Origin: Candidatus Saccharimonadales bacterium | GTDB lineage: Bacteria > Patescibacteriota > Saccharimonadia > Saccharimonadales > UBA4665 | Direction: 5' to 3' | Length of the DNA: 25,229 nucleotides | Assembly: GCA_039926445.1 (NCBI GenBank) | Contig: JBDSWU010000099.1 | Span: 1-25,229 of the forward strand | In this document: piece by piece, positions 7,656 to 16,345 of the stretch | Position numbering within the stretch: the stretch's first letter is position 1 | How the letters are laid out: each line of letters starts with the position of its first letter | Translations under genes and position numbers: made by a program | The notes under the pieces: generated by a model | What the model saw: only the letters and a program-made list of their open reading frames with translations | Database searches by the model: none | Told to the model about the DNA's origin: nothing

Positions 7656-8174
7656 ATGCTACAACTAAGTGCATCCTTGCTTGGCAAATCAGTTTTATCA
7701 TTGCGAACAGGCACACCAATTGCGACGGTTACTGCTGCCATTTTTAATCCTAACAACCTCAAAATTGAAGGTTTCTACTGTATTGATTCGATAGATAAAT
7801 CTGAACTTATACTGCTTTGCCAGGACATCCGCGACATTCTGAAACAAGGTTATGTTGTCAACGACCATGAAGTGCTTGTTGAGCCCGACGAGTTAGTGAG
7901 GCTGCAGGATGTAATAGCGTTGAACTACGAACTCATCGGTAAACACATCGAGACAATAAGCAAGCAAAAAGTTGGCAAAGTCAGTGACTACGCTGTTGAA
8001 ACTGAAACAATGTTTGTCCAGAAAATATACGCCAGCCAATCGTTGTTACGCAGCTTCACCGGCGGCACCCTAAGTATCGACCGCACCCAAATCAACGAGA
8101 TCACGCCAAAACGAATCATCATCAACGAGCTCGCCAAGCCAGCCCGCGTCACTGCTCCCGCTACCGCTGCCTAA
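7656..8174 (+). CDS. Tandem PRC-barrel-like protein
   Basis: Two PRC-like repeats: LLGKSVLSLRTGTPIATVTAAIFNPNNLKI and LIGKHIETISKQKVGKVSDYAVETETMFVQKI. Start placed at ATG 7656, 6 nt after TATACT. Confidence 0.75.
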   Translation: MLQLSASLLGKSVLSLRTGTPIATVTAAIFNPNNLKIEGFYCIDSIDKSELILLCQDIRDILKQGYVVNDHEVLVEPDELVRLQDVIALNYELIGKHIETISKQKVGKVSDYAVETETMFVQKIYASQSLLRSFTGGTLSIDRTQINEITPKRIIINELAKPARVTAPATAA

Positions 8175-8794
8175 ACGTCTTCGTCGGCACTGAGCGCGCT
8201 TTTGATATCTCCATACCCAAAGCCCTGGCGCGCCAAGTATTGCATCAGCTTTAGGTCGTCCTGGTATTTGGTTTGCCGTCGCTTCCGTTCTATTAGGTCA
8301 CGCAGGACAGACCTATCGGCATTACCGTCGCTTGCCTCCGCCTGTTCGGCAAGTACTTCGTCAATAACTGCCTGAGCTACGCGCTTTTTCTTGAGCTCCG
8401 CCATCAGCTTGCGACGTGAGGTCGGGCGCAACAGCTGACGGTCGGCTACGTAAGCACGGGCCAGTTTATAGTCATCTATAAGCCCAAGCTCAGTCAGACG
8501 AGCAATTATCGTTCCTACTAGCGGCACGTCGGCACCTTTGCGTTCCAGGTAAGTCTGCATCTCCCAGGCGCTCCGCTGGCGCATAGCTACATAACGCAAA
8601 GCTCGATTGTACAGTTTGCCATCAAGCGATAGTTTTTTATATTCTTCAATATTCTGGCTAGTCAGTTCGTGGCCACTATGCAGGCCACTATCAAGGAGGG
8701 CTGTCTCACCCAAGCTGAAACTATACTGCTCATCAACATAGACTGAGTAACGATCTCGGGTTTTTAGCTGTTGCTTTATGGCAGTTATTTTCAT
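8171..8794 (-). CDS. recX: Regulatory protein RecX
   Basis: MKITAIKQQ..RYSVYVD N-terminus, ALRYVAMRQRS..EM..YL, GLIDD..LA and KLMQYLARQGFGY. Directly downstream of recA. Confidence 0.9.
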   Translation of the reverse strand: MKITAIKQQLKTRDRYSVYVDEQYSFSLGETALLDSGLHSGHELTSQNIEEYKKLSLDGKLYNRALRYVAMRQRSAWEMQTYLERKGADVPLVGTIIARLTELGLIDDYKLARAYVADRQLLRPTSRRKLMAELKKKRVAQAVIDEVLAEQAEASDGNADRSVLRDLIERKRRQTKYQDDLKLMQYLARQGFGYGDIKSALSADEDV

Positions 8795-8828
8795 GATCTG
8801 TTCGAAGCGACGGTTTGCTTGTTGCTAA

Positions 8829-9914
8829 CTAGGCAGGAGCGTCGGTTGTGGCCTTGGACTTTGGCTTGTCGGCAACCGGCTGTTTTGGCTTCTCGGACTC
8901 CATGACCAGGGCGGCGATCTCTTCCATAACCTTGGAATTTTCCTGAAGATAAAGCTTGGTGGCTTCACGACCTTGACCGATTTTGGCTCCTTTGTAGGCA
9001 TACCAGGCTCCTGATTTCTCGACTATATCCCTGGCCGCAGCTAAATCTAGTACATCGCCGGCCCGACTAATACCCTCGTTGTACATGATGTCAAATTCGG
9101 CCTCCCTAAATGGCGGCGCAATCTTGTTTTTGACAACCTTAACGCGCGTGCGGTTGCCGACTATTGCCTCCCCCGCCTTAATCTGTCCAATTCTTCGAAT
9201 ATCCATGCGAACCGAAGCATAGAACTTCAGTGCATTTCCACCAGTTGTCGTTTCGGGGTTCCCAAACATCACACCGATCTTCATGCGAATCTGGTTGATG
9301 AATATAACCGTCGCTTTGGACCGGTTGATAACACCGGTCAGTTTACGTAATGCCTGGCTCATCAGTCGCGCCTGCAATCCTGGCAGTGAATCGCCCATGT
9401 CACCTTCAATCTCAGCACGAGGCACCAGCGCCGCAACCGAGTCAATAACGATCAAGTCGACGGCGTTTGACCGGACCAGTGTTTCGACAATTTCTAGCGC
9501 TTGTTCGCCATTATCTGGCTGGGACAAGAGCAAGTTTTCGACATCGACGCCAATACGCTTGGCGTAGGCTGGGTCGAGGGCATGCTCGGCATCGATAAAA
9601 GCCGCCGTACCTCCACGCCGCTGGACCTCGGCTATGGCGTGCAGTGTCAATGTTGTCTTGCCGGAACTCTCTGGACCATAGACCTCTATAACTCGACCGC
9701 GCGGGATACCACCGCCTAATGCAATATCGAGCGATATTGCCCCAGTCGGGTATGTCTCTACTGCTTGAGCGTGGGCATCACCGAGCTTCATAATCGAGCC
9801 TTTACCAAATTGCTTCTCGATACTCTCCAGTGCCAAGCCTAGCGCCTTTGATTTGCCGTCGACCGAACCGCCAGCAGTGTCTCCCATAGTCTTTTTAGTG
9901 TCAGATTTAGCCAT
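8829..9914 (-). CDS. recA: Recombinase A
   Basis: [60 protein letters not shown]. Start ATG 9914 with SD GGGAG. Confidence 0.99.
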   Translation of the reverse strand: MAKSDTKKTMGDTAGGSVDGKSKALGLALESIEKQFGKGSIMKLGDAHAQAVETYPTGAISLDIALGGGIPRGRVIEVYGPESSGKTTLTLHAIAEVQRRGGTAAFIDAEHALDPAYAKRIGVDVENLLLSQPDNGEQALEIVETLVRSNAVDLIVIDSVAALVPRAEIEGDMGDSLPGLQARLMSQALRKLTGVINRSKATVIFINQIRMKIGVMFGNPETTTGGNALKFYASVRMDIRRIGQIKAGEAIVGNRTRVKVVKNKIAPPFREAEFDIMYNEGISRAGDVLDLAAARDIVEKSGAWYAYKGAKIGQGREATKLYLQENSKVMEEIAALVMESEKPKQPVADKPKSKATTDAPA

Positions 9915-9968
9915 ATATAAGTCTCCCTGCAAGTTAGGTTAGATTGGGTTGCTCCCTCTAGTACTACT

Positions 9969-9977
9969 AGTTTAGCA
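9969..9977 (-). promoter_or_regulatory. Putative extended -10 promoter of recA
   Basis: Minus strand TGcTAAACT, about 55 nt upstream of the recA ATG. Confidence 0.45.
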
Positions 9978-10013
9978 CTATAGGCCCCCAGCTTGACGGT
10001 GAAAATTGCTACA

Positions 10014-10038
10014 GCTTAATAATTAGGTAATATTAAGC
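10014..10038. repeat. 8-bp inverted repeat between divergent recA and pilB
   Basis: GCTTAATA-N9-TATTAAGC in an AT-rich patch. Confidence 0.55.
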
Positions 10039-10067
10039 AATATTTAACATTTACTAGCAGAAGTCGC

Positions 10068-10096
10068 TTACGTTTTTGGGCGCCACTTGTTAAACT
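10068..10096 (+). promoter_or_regulatory. Putative extended -10 promoter of the pilB-pilC unit
   Basis: TGtTAAACT at 10088-10096, with a weak -35 TTACGT 17 nt upstream of the hexamer. Confidence 0.5.
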
Positions 10097-10105
10097 GGGT
10101 CCAGG

Positions 10106-10162
10106 ATGGGTGAACATAGACATTTAAGCAAGCCATGCTGGCATAACAGGAATAAGTACTAA
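10106..10162 (+). CDS. Candidate 18-aa upstream ORF of pilB
   Basis: ATG 9 nt after the -10. MGEHRHLSKPCWHNRNKY-TAA ends 2 nt before the pilB GTG. Confidence 0.25.
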   Translation: MGEHRHLSKPCWHNRNKY

Positions 10163-10164
10163 AA

Positions 10165-11964
10165 GTGCGTATTCCCGATTCGCTAGTTGAGACGATGTTG
10201 GCCGAATCTGGCCAGTTCACCAAGGAACAGATCAATGAACTCCGTGAACAGGAGTCAAAGGACAAGAAGCCACTTCAGGACCTGGTGATCCGGAACAACT
10301 TGCTGTCCGAAAAGGATCTGACCAAGCTCTACGCCGCCGAAATTGACGTGCCGTTCGTCGAACTCAATGCCAAGGAAATTAAGCTAGAAACCCTCAAACT
10401 GCTTCCCGAGCGTATTGCCAGGCAATACAACGCCGTTGTATTCGACATCGCCGACGATGACACCCGACAGATAGCCATGGCCGATCCTGACGACATTCAG
10501 GCGCTTAACTTTTTACAAAAACAGCTCGGCTCGGGGCTAAAAGTGCACATAACAACCAGCAGTCTGCTGCAAGCTGCTCTCGACCAATACCGCGGCAACA
10601 TTAGTAGTGAACTAACCAAAGTCATCGCCGCCGACGATGATTCAGAACTAGAGGAAATTGACGAAACAGATGTCGCCGAAGACTCGCCAGTCGCCCAGAC
10701 GGTCAACATCATTATTGAATACGGTATCAAATCCGGTGCCAGTGATATCCACATCGAACCACGCGAAGATTTTGTGGTTGTCCGCTATCGCATCGACGGC
10801 ATGCTGCGCGAAGCCAACAAACTTCCGCGCAAACTTCTCGGGTCACTCGTCAGCCGCATCAAGATCCTCAGCAACCTCAAGATTGACGAACACCGCGCGC
10901 CGCAAGATGGACGTTTCAAAGTAGAGTTCAGCGGTCTAATGTACGCCTTGCGTGTTTCGACTCTACCGATTCTCGATGGTGAGAAGGTCGTCATGCGAAT
11001 ACTCAACGAATCGAGCAAGCCCGCCGATCTGACCGAACTCGGTTTCTGGGGCAAGGCTCTGGTCGACCTCCAACATGCCATGGTCCAGCCCCACGGCATG
11101 ATTTTGGTAACCGGGCCAACCGGTTCAGGCAAATCGACGACACTTTTTAGTGTCCTGAGTAGCCTGAACTCGCCGAACGTCAACATATCAACCGTTGAAG
11201 ACCCTATCGAATATCACATCGTTGGAGCCAATCAGGTCCAGGTCAACAACCAGGCAGGCATGACTTTTACCAACGGGTTAAGAGCGCTGTTACGACAAGA
11301 CCCGAACATTATTATGGTCGGTGAGATTCGTGACGGCGAAACGGCTGATCTTGGCGTCCAGGCATCATTGACTGGTCACTTGGTTTTTAGCACTCTGCAC
11401 ACTAGCAACGCCGCCACCTGTCTGCCTCGTTTGATCGACATGGGGGTCGAACGCTTCCTAATAGCTAGCACTGTTAGAATTGTAGTCGCCCAGCGCTTGG
11501 TACGACGGTTGTGCACCGATTGTCGTGAAGCATTCGTACCAGACGCTGTGGTTCTCAAAGAGCTGGAAAACAGCTTCCACTTGGACAAAAATGGCGGCAT
11601 CAAGCGGATGCACGAGCTCGAACAGGCAGCGCTCAAAGACGGCATAGGCAAAACACCCGACGGCAACGGCGATACGGACAAGCTAGGATCAACAGCAACA
11701 GCCATCTCTCGCTTATGGAAGGCACACGACGAAGGCTGCGAGAGCTGCAATCACACTGGTTACCGTGGTCGCATTGGCACCTACGAAATCCTCAACAACT
11801 CGACTGCTGTTCAGGAGATGATTGTCGCCAACACCACCAGTGAGTCGATTGAACTCAAAGCCATAGAAGAGGGCATGTTGAGTATCCAACTCGACGGGTT
11901 TATAAAAGCCCTCCGCGGTCAAACAACGATAGAGGAAGTCCTCCGAGTCACATCTCAGGAATAA
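10165..11964 (+). CDS. pilB: Type IV pilus assembly ATPase (PilB/GspE family)
   Basis: ASDIHIEP, RAPQDGR, Walker A GPTGSGKST, TVEDPIE, Walker B LRQDPNIIMVGEIRD, His box GHLVFSTLH, and two CxxC zinc motifs. Confidence 0.95.
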   Translation: MRIPDSLVETMLAESGQFTKEQINELREQESKDKKPLQDLVIRNNLLSEKDLTKLYAAEIDVPFVELNAKEIKLETLKLLPERIARQYNAVVFDIADDDTRQIAMADPDDIQALNFLQKQLGSGLKVHITTSSLLQAALDQYRGNISSELTKVIAADDDSELEEIDETDVAEDSPVAQTVNIIIEYGIKSGASDIHIEPREDFVVVRYRIDGMLREANKLPRKLLGSLVSRIKILSNLKIDEHRAPQDGRFKVEFSGLMYALRVSTLPILDGEKVVMRILNESSKPADLTELGFWGKALVDLQHAMVQPHGMILVTGPTGSGKSTTLFSVLSSLNSPNVNISTVEDPIEYHIVGANQVQVNNQAGMTFTNGLRALLRQDPNIIMVGEIRDGETADLGVQASLTGHLVFSTLHTSNAATCLPRLIDMGVERFLIASTVRIVVAQRLVRRLCTDCREAFVPDAVVLKELENSFHLDKNGGIKRMHELEQAALKDGIGKTPDGNGDTDKLGSTATAISRLWKAHDEGCESCNHTGYRGRIGTYEILNNSTAVQEMIVANTTSESIELKAIEEGMLSIQLDGFIKALRGQTTIEEVLRVTSQE

Positions 11965-11969
11965 TAATT

Positions 11970-13217
11970 ATGCTATTCAACTACACCGCAACCAACTCCG
12001 ACGGCAAAAGCATCACCGGCAACGCTGAAGCCGCCGATCGTCAAGCTCTAATTGGGCTCCTCCGCAAACAAGGTCTGCACCCAATAGTCATCCAGGTCGG
12101 TAAGGGCAAAAAGAAGTCAGCTTCGTTATTTGGTGCCAAAAAGAAGATTAAGCTCAATGATCTTGTAATATTCACCCGTCAGCTGTCGACCATGATATCG
12201 GCTGGTGTCCCGCTCGGGCGTTGCCTCGCTGCCCTGCAGACTAATGCTGAAAATCCCTACATGCGCGAGGTCTTGGTCAGTATCACCAAGGATGTCCAGA
12301 GTGGTCTGCCGCTTGGTGACGCATTCCAGAAATTCCCTAACGTTTTCTCCGACGTTTACGTCAATATGGTGCGGGCCGGTGAGGCCGGCGGTATACTCGA
12401 CGACATCCTTAAGCGCCTTGCTACTCAAGTCGAACAAGATGCCTCGATTCGAAAAAAAATCAAAAGCGCCACTGCCTACCCGATCGCCATTCTATCTATC
12501 ACAGTCGTCGCCTTCTTCGGTGTCATGCTGTTCATAGTCCCAAAGCTAGGAGGCATCCTACTGTCGCTTGGTGGCCCAAATGCCAAACTGCCTGTCTACA
12601 CACAGGTTCTGCTAAACATCAGCAATTTTCTTACTAGTGCCACAATCGTGCCTCATCTGCCTAACATAGTCCTGATATTAGGCGTAATCGGCGTCGCCAC
12701 CAGCTACGGCTTGCGCTATGTAAAAACACCGGCAGGCAAGTACCGGCTACATGCGCTACTGCTAAAAATCCCGGTAGTAAAGGTTGTCATCCTAAAGGTG
12801 GCGATTGCACGATTTTCACGAACCTTCGCCTCACTGATGGGTAGTGGCGTTAGCGTACTCGATGCCCTCCAAGTTACTGGCGCAGCACTGGGCAATAAGG
12901 TTATCGAAAAAGAATTGGCCGATGCAGCCGAAGAAGTCCGCAACGGTAAAGCTCTGAGTGAACCGATCAGTCGCAGTGAACACTTTCCACCAATTGTTGC
13001 CCAGATGTTGATTGTCGGTGAGGAAACAGGGCAAATCGATACCGTACTGGTCAAAATTGCTGACTTTTACGAGGAAGAGGTGACGGTTCTGATAGATGGA
13101 TTATCGGCCATCATCGAACCTATTATGATCGTTGTTCTGGGCGCTGGCGTCGGACTGATAGCCGCTTCAATCATGGGGCCAATCGCCAACCTGTCGAAAA
13201 ATATTGGCGGCACGTAG
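11970..13217 (+). CDS. pilC: Type IV pilus platform protein (PilC/GspF family)
   Basis: FTRQLSTMISAGVPL, YVNMVRAGEAGG, FSRTFASLMGSGV, VGEETG, IIEP. Follows pilB. Confidence 0.95.
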   Translation: MLFNYTATNSDGKSITGNAEAADRQALIGLLRKQGLHPIVIQVGKGKKKSASLFGAKKKIKLNDLVIFTRQLSTMISAGVPLGRCLAALQTNAENPYMREVLVSITKDVQSGLPLGDAFQKFPNVFSDVYVNMVRAGEAGGILDDILKRLATQVEQDASIRKKIKSATAYPIAILSITVVAFFGVMLFIVPKLGGILLSLGGPNAKLPVYTQVLLNISNFLTSATIVPHLPNIVLILGVIGVATSYGLRYVKTPAGKYRLHALLLKIPVVKVVILKVAIARFSRTFASLMGSGVSVLDALQVTGAALGNKVIEKELADAAEEVRNGKALSEPISRSEHFPPIVAQMLIVGEETGQIDTVLVKIADFYEEEVTVLIDGLSAIIEPIMIVVLGAGVGLIAASIMGPIANLSKNIGGT

Positions 13218-13233
13218 TATTTACAACATTGAT

Positions 13234-13242
13234 TTATCCACA
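13234..13242 (+). promoter_or_regulatory. Perfect DnaA-box 9-mer
   Basis: TTATCCACA, ending 6 nt before the -35 of the pilin promoter. Confidence 0.45.
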
Positions 13243-13248
13243 ATACAG

Positions 13249-13276
13249 TTGACTCCATCTGGCTTATGGTTATAAT
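13249..13276 (+). promoter_or_regulatory. Near-consensus sigma70 promoter of the pilin gene
   Basis: TTGACT, 16 nt, TATAAT. Confidence 0.78.
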
Positions 13277-13286
13277 CATTACTTAG

Positions 13287-13327
13287 GTGCTCGTAGTGCA
13301 GCCGCCAGGCCGTACTAGCGAGATCAC
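13287..13327 (+). promoter_or_regulatory. Imperfect 5'-UTR hairpin of the pilin mRNA
   Basis: GTG-CTCG-TAGTGC-a-GCC-gcca-GGC-c-GTACTA-g-CGAG-at-CAC, about 16 pairs including one G-U. Starts a few nt after the predicted TSS. Confidence 0.55.
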
Positions 13328-13371
13328 AATTAAAAAATTAGTTAATAATTAATCAAGGAGGGTGGGCCCCT

Positions 13372-13854
13372 ATGGTTTCACTTAAAAAAATGCGCTCTCA
13401 GGGTTTTACAATCGTAGAACTTTTGATCGTTATCGTAGTTATCGGTATCTTGGCTTTACTAGTCATCACTACCTACAGTGGTATTCAACAAAAAGCGCGT
13501 AACACTAAGCGCCAGGCGGATATGTCAGCTGTTCAGACACAGCTAGAAGCGTTTTACCAGACCAACGGCTACTATCCGAACCTTACGGACATGAACAGCA
13601 CAACTTGGCTTTCAACTAACATGAAGAGCCTTGACCTAACTGCACTTACTGACCCAAGCAACCCAACACAGAGTTCTACACTAGTAGCTGCTCCGGTTGC
13701 TAAGTCTTACTCATACGCTGCAACCGACGCCGCTGGCAGCACCTGTGATGGAGCTGCGCCGGCTGATCAGGCTTGTGCGAAATACACTCTGACCGCTACA
13801 TATGAAGGTACTGTCAATAACAAGACATCTATCTCCAAGACTAATCTAGACTAG
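13372..13854 (+). CDS. pilA: Type IV (IVa-like) pilin, probably the major pilin
   Basis: Prepilin leader MVSLKKMRSQG|FTIVELLIVIVVIGIL (G-1, F+1, E+5) and a C-terminal Cys pair (TCDG...QACA). Strong SD AAGGAGG, its own promoter and a terminator. Confidence 0.9.
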   Translation: MVSLKKMRSQGFTIVELLIVIVVIGILALLVITTYSGIQQKARNTKRQADMSAVQTQLEAFYQTNGYYPNLTDMNSTTWLSTNMKSLDLTALTDPSNPTQSSTLVAAPVAKSYSYAATDAAGSTCDGAAPADQACAKYTLTATYEGTVNNKTSISKTNLD

Positions 13855-13866
13855 TCAAAACTAAGT

Positions 13867-13902
13867 TACTAAAAAACCTCGCTTCGGCGAGGTTTTTTAG
13901 TA
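13867..13902. terminator. Intrinsic, potentially bidirectional terminator after the pilin gene
   Basis: TACTAAAAAA-CCTCGC-TTCG-GCGAGG-TTTTTTAGTA: a perfect 16-bp inverted repeat with a C(UUCG)G tetraloop and a U6 tract. Confidence 0.92.
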
Positions 13903-13917
13903 TCAAAGCGGCCACAG

Positions 13918-13950
13918 TGATATACTTTAGTAAATACTTATGCTTAGAAT
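13918..13950 (+). promoter_or_regulatory. Tandem -10 elements upstream of pilM
   Basis: Extended TGaTATACT (13918-13926), and TAGAAT (13945-13950) 6 nt before the GTG at 13957. Confidence 0.5.
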
Positions 13951-13956
13951 AAGTGA

Positions 13957-15066
13957 GTGGGCATGCATACAATATCGAAACTACCATACTACTTTCACGA
14001 CAAGCCCATTTTTGGCCTAGACATCGGTCATGGCTCGCTAAAAGTCATGCAGCTCGGGACTTCGGACAAAATCAGACAAGGACACGCTCAGCACCCACGT
14101 GTTATTGGCTATGGCTTCGCCAGCTTTGATAAATCTGCCCAACAGGACGGTGTTGTCGTCAAGCCCGAAATTGTTGCGGCTGCAGCCCGGGACCTGTTCG
14201 ACAACAGTCTAATCGGTGATATTACTACCCGACGCGTCGCCATAGCCATACCGACATACCGTACATTCACCCGCTCGTTGCAGTTGCCAATGCTCACAGA
14301 CTCGCAACTAAATGCAGCTGTAGAACTTGAAGCTGAACAATACATCTCAATGCCACTTGACCAACTATACCTGGACTACGATATCATCCAGCAAGATAGT
14401 GAGGCTACTGAAATATTCATGGTGGCAGTCCCCAAGACAATAACAGATTCATACTTACAGTTGGCACAGTTACTCGGTCTGGAGACAGTGCTGATTGAAC
14501 CGACTCTTACTTCATCTGGTCGGCTGTTGTTCAATGCCGATGACACAGTCTCAGATTCTCCAACCGTAATAATTGATTTCGGCTCATTATCATCCGACAT
14601 CAGCATTTTTGACAAGCACATCCTGGTTGCCGGCACCGTCCAAGGTGGTGGTGAGAACTTCACCAACTCAATCCAAAGACAACTCGGCGTCACACGCGCT
14701 GAAGCCGGGTTAATCAAAACTCGGTATGGACTGAGCAAGAGCAAAAAGCAAGCTGAAATACTTCAAGCTCTTGAGCCAACACTATTACAAATAGTTAAAG
14801 AAATTCGCCGGATGATACGTTACTACGAGGAACGCTACGGTTCAGATCGTCCGATCGAACAGATTGTTACACTTGGCGGTGGCGCCAACATGCCTGGGCT
14901 CAGTGAATACCTGACAAATATTTTACGGTTGGCAGTGCGCCACACTAACCCTTGGCAGTCTTTTGACTACCGCGGTCTCCAACCACCTAGTGACGCCGAC
15001 AAGCCGATGTACGCCACTGTTGCAGGTCTCAGCCTTGTCCACCCAAAAGAGGTTTTTAAAACATGA
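13957..15066 (+). CDS. pilM: Type IV pilus assembly protein PilM (actin-like)
   Basis: FGLDIGHGSLKV, ELEAEQYI..P.DQLYLDY, IIDFG, LGGGANMPGL. Confidence 0.93.
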   Translation: MGMHTISKLPYYFHDKPIFGLDIGHGSLKVMQLGTSDKIRQGHAQHPRVIGYGFASFDKSAQQDGVVVKPEIVAAAARDLFDNSLIGDITTRRVAIAIPTYRTFTRSLQLPMLTDSQLNAAVELEAEQYISMPLDQLYLDYDIIQQDSEATEIFMVAVPKTITDSYLQLAQLLGLETVLIEPTLTSSGRLLFNADDTVSDSPTVIIDFGSLSSDISIFDKHILVAGTVQGGGENFTNSIQRQLGVTRAEAGLIKTRYGLSKSKKQAEILQALEPTLLQIVKEIRRMIRYYEERYGSDRPIEQIVTLGGGANMPGLSEYLTNILRLAVRHTNPWQSFDYRGLQPPSDADKPMYATVAGLSLVHPKEVFKT

Positions 15067-15692
15067 TTAACTTACTACCCACAGATATAAAGAGTAACTA
15101 TAGCTATGGAAAACGCAACGTTACTCTTCGACGTTGGGTAGTCGCCTTCATTGCTGCTTTTATAGGATTGGCAGTTATATCAACCTACGGTCTACTAACG
15201 ATGCAGCAACAAAAGTCACATTACAACCAGCTGATCTCAGCCAGTCAAAAATCACTAGTCGACCAAGGATACGCCAAAACTCAGACGGAGATTAAAGATA
15301 TTAGCAGTAACTTCGCGCTTGTAGTTCAAGTACTCAGCAACCAAGTTTTATTCTCTAAGCTCATCACACAGATCGCCACCATCATTCCGGCTCAGGCTAA
15401 TCTGACGGCACTCGAGATCAACAAAGAAAAGGGTGCGATCGATATATCAGCAATTACCTCCGATTATCAGTCGGCGACCCAGGTTCAGGTCAACCTAGCT
15501 GACCAAACAAACAAAATATTTAGCAGTGCGGACATAGTAACCATCGGTTGCACAACACCATCTGCCACCGAGACAGACATCAATCGTATCAAGTACCCGT
15601 GCACTGTCTCTATACATGCGCTATTTTCCCGCGATAACCCCTTCTTGTTTATCAGCAATTCTCCAGTCACGACCAAGGCGGCAACACCATGA
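15063..15692 (+). CDS. pilN: PilN-like alignment protein
   Basis: MINLLP motif (the PilM-binding INLLP), a single TM and a coiled coil. ATGA overlap with pilM. Confidence 0.85.
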   Translation: MINLLPTDIKSNYSYGKRNVTLRRWVVAFIAAFIGLAVISTYGLLTMQQQKSHYNQLISASQKSLVDQGYAKTQTEIKDISSNFALVVQVLSNQVLFSKLITQIATIIPAQANLTALEINKEKGAIDISAITSDYQSATQVQVNLADQTNKIFSSADIVTIGCTTPSATETDINRIKYPCTVSIHALFSRDNPFLFISNSPVTTKAATP

Positions 15693-16345
15693 CCAGTAAA
15701 CGAATCTACTACCTAATGCTCGGCCTGATCGGCCTGTTGTTTATTGGCCTGTTGGCTGGCGCATACGGTGCCAACCAGATACTGACCAAGCAAGCTTTAG
15801 AAGTTACGGCCCTCAAGGCCAAAAATAGCGCTCTCGACCAGGAACAAGCTAGTCTGGTGATAGCAAAAAAACAGGCAGACAAGTATCGTGGGCTGAATAG
15901 TATCGTCGGCGCTATCGTGCCGCAGGACAAGGACCAGGCGGTAGCTGTTCGCGAGATAATAAACATCGCTAAGGCCAGTAATATTAACTCTCTGGGGTCA
16001 ATCACTTTCCCATCTTCAACCCTAGGATCGAGCACTGTCGTTGCCGCATCATCAACCGCTGGAACCGCTGTCGCAAAACCATTTAGTAGCACAGGTACTG
16101 ACAAAACAAATGCCCTGTCGCAACTCCAACCGGTCAAAAATATAACGGGTGTCTACGTTCTAAAAATAACTGTCAGTGGTGATCCAACGCACCCGGTTAG
16201 TTATTCTCAGTTGATAAGTTTCCTAGCAGGCCTTGAGAACAATCGACGCACCGCACAGGTCAGTTCCATCAGCTTTGTCCCAGACGCCAAGGACGCTTCC
16301 AAGGTATCATTTAGTCTGACGCTAGAGGAGTATATAAAGCCATGA
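15689..16345 (+). CDS. pilO: PilO-like alignment protein
   Basis: N-terminal TM, coiled coil, and C-terminal SYSQLISFLAGLENNRRTAQVSSI resembling PilO. Follows pilN with an ATGA overlap. Confidence 0.7.
   Translation: MTSKRIYYLMLGLIGLLFIGLLAGAYGANQILTKQALEVTALKAKNSALDQEQASLVIAKKQADKYRGLNSIVGAIVPQDKDQAVAVREIINIAKASNINSLGSITFPSSTLGSSTVVAASSTAGTAVAKPFSSTGTDKTNALSQLQPVKNITGVYVLKITVSGDPTHPVSYSQLISFLAGLENNRRTAQVSSISFVPDAKDASKVSFSLTLEEYIKP

Noticed and set aside
8171-8174. Overlapping convergent stop codons of the PRC gene and recX
   Set aside because: Real (CTAA), but an ordinary sign of genome compaction.
9915-10164. Canonical LexA/SOS box upstream of recA
   Set aside because: No CTGT-N8-ACAG or GAAC-N4-GTTC found by eye.
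13218-13371. Replication origin (DnaA box plus AT-rich tract)
   Set aside because: Only one box, no dnaA/dnaN nearby and no lasting switch in gene orientation. The AT tract is better explained as a translational enhancer.
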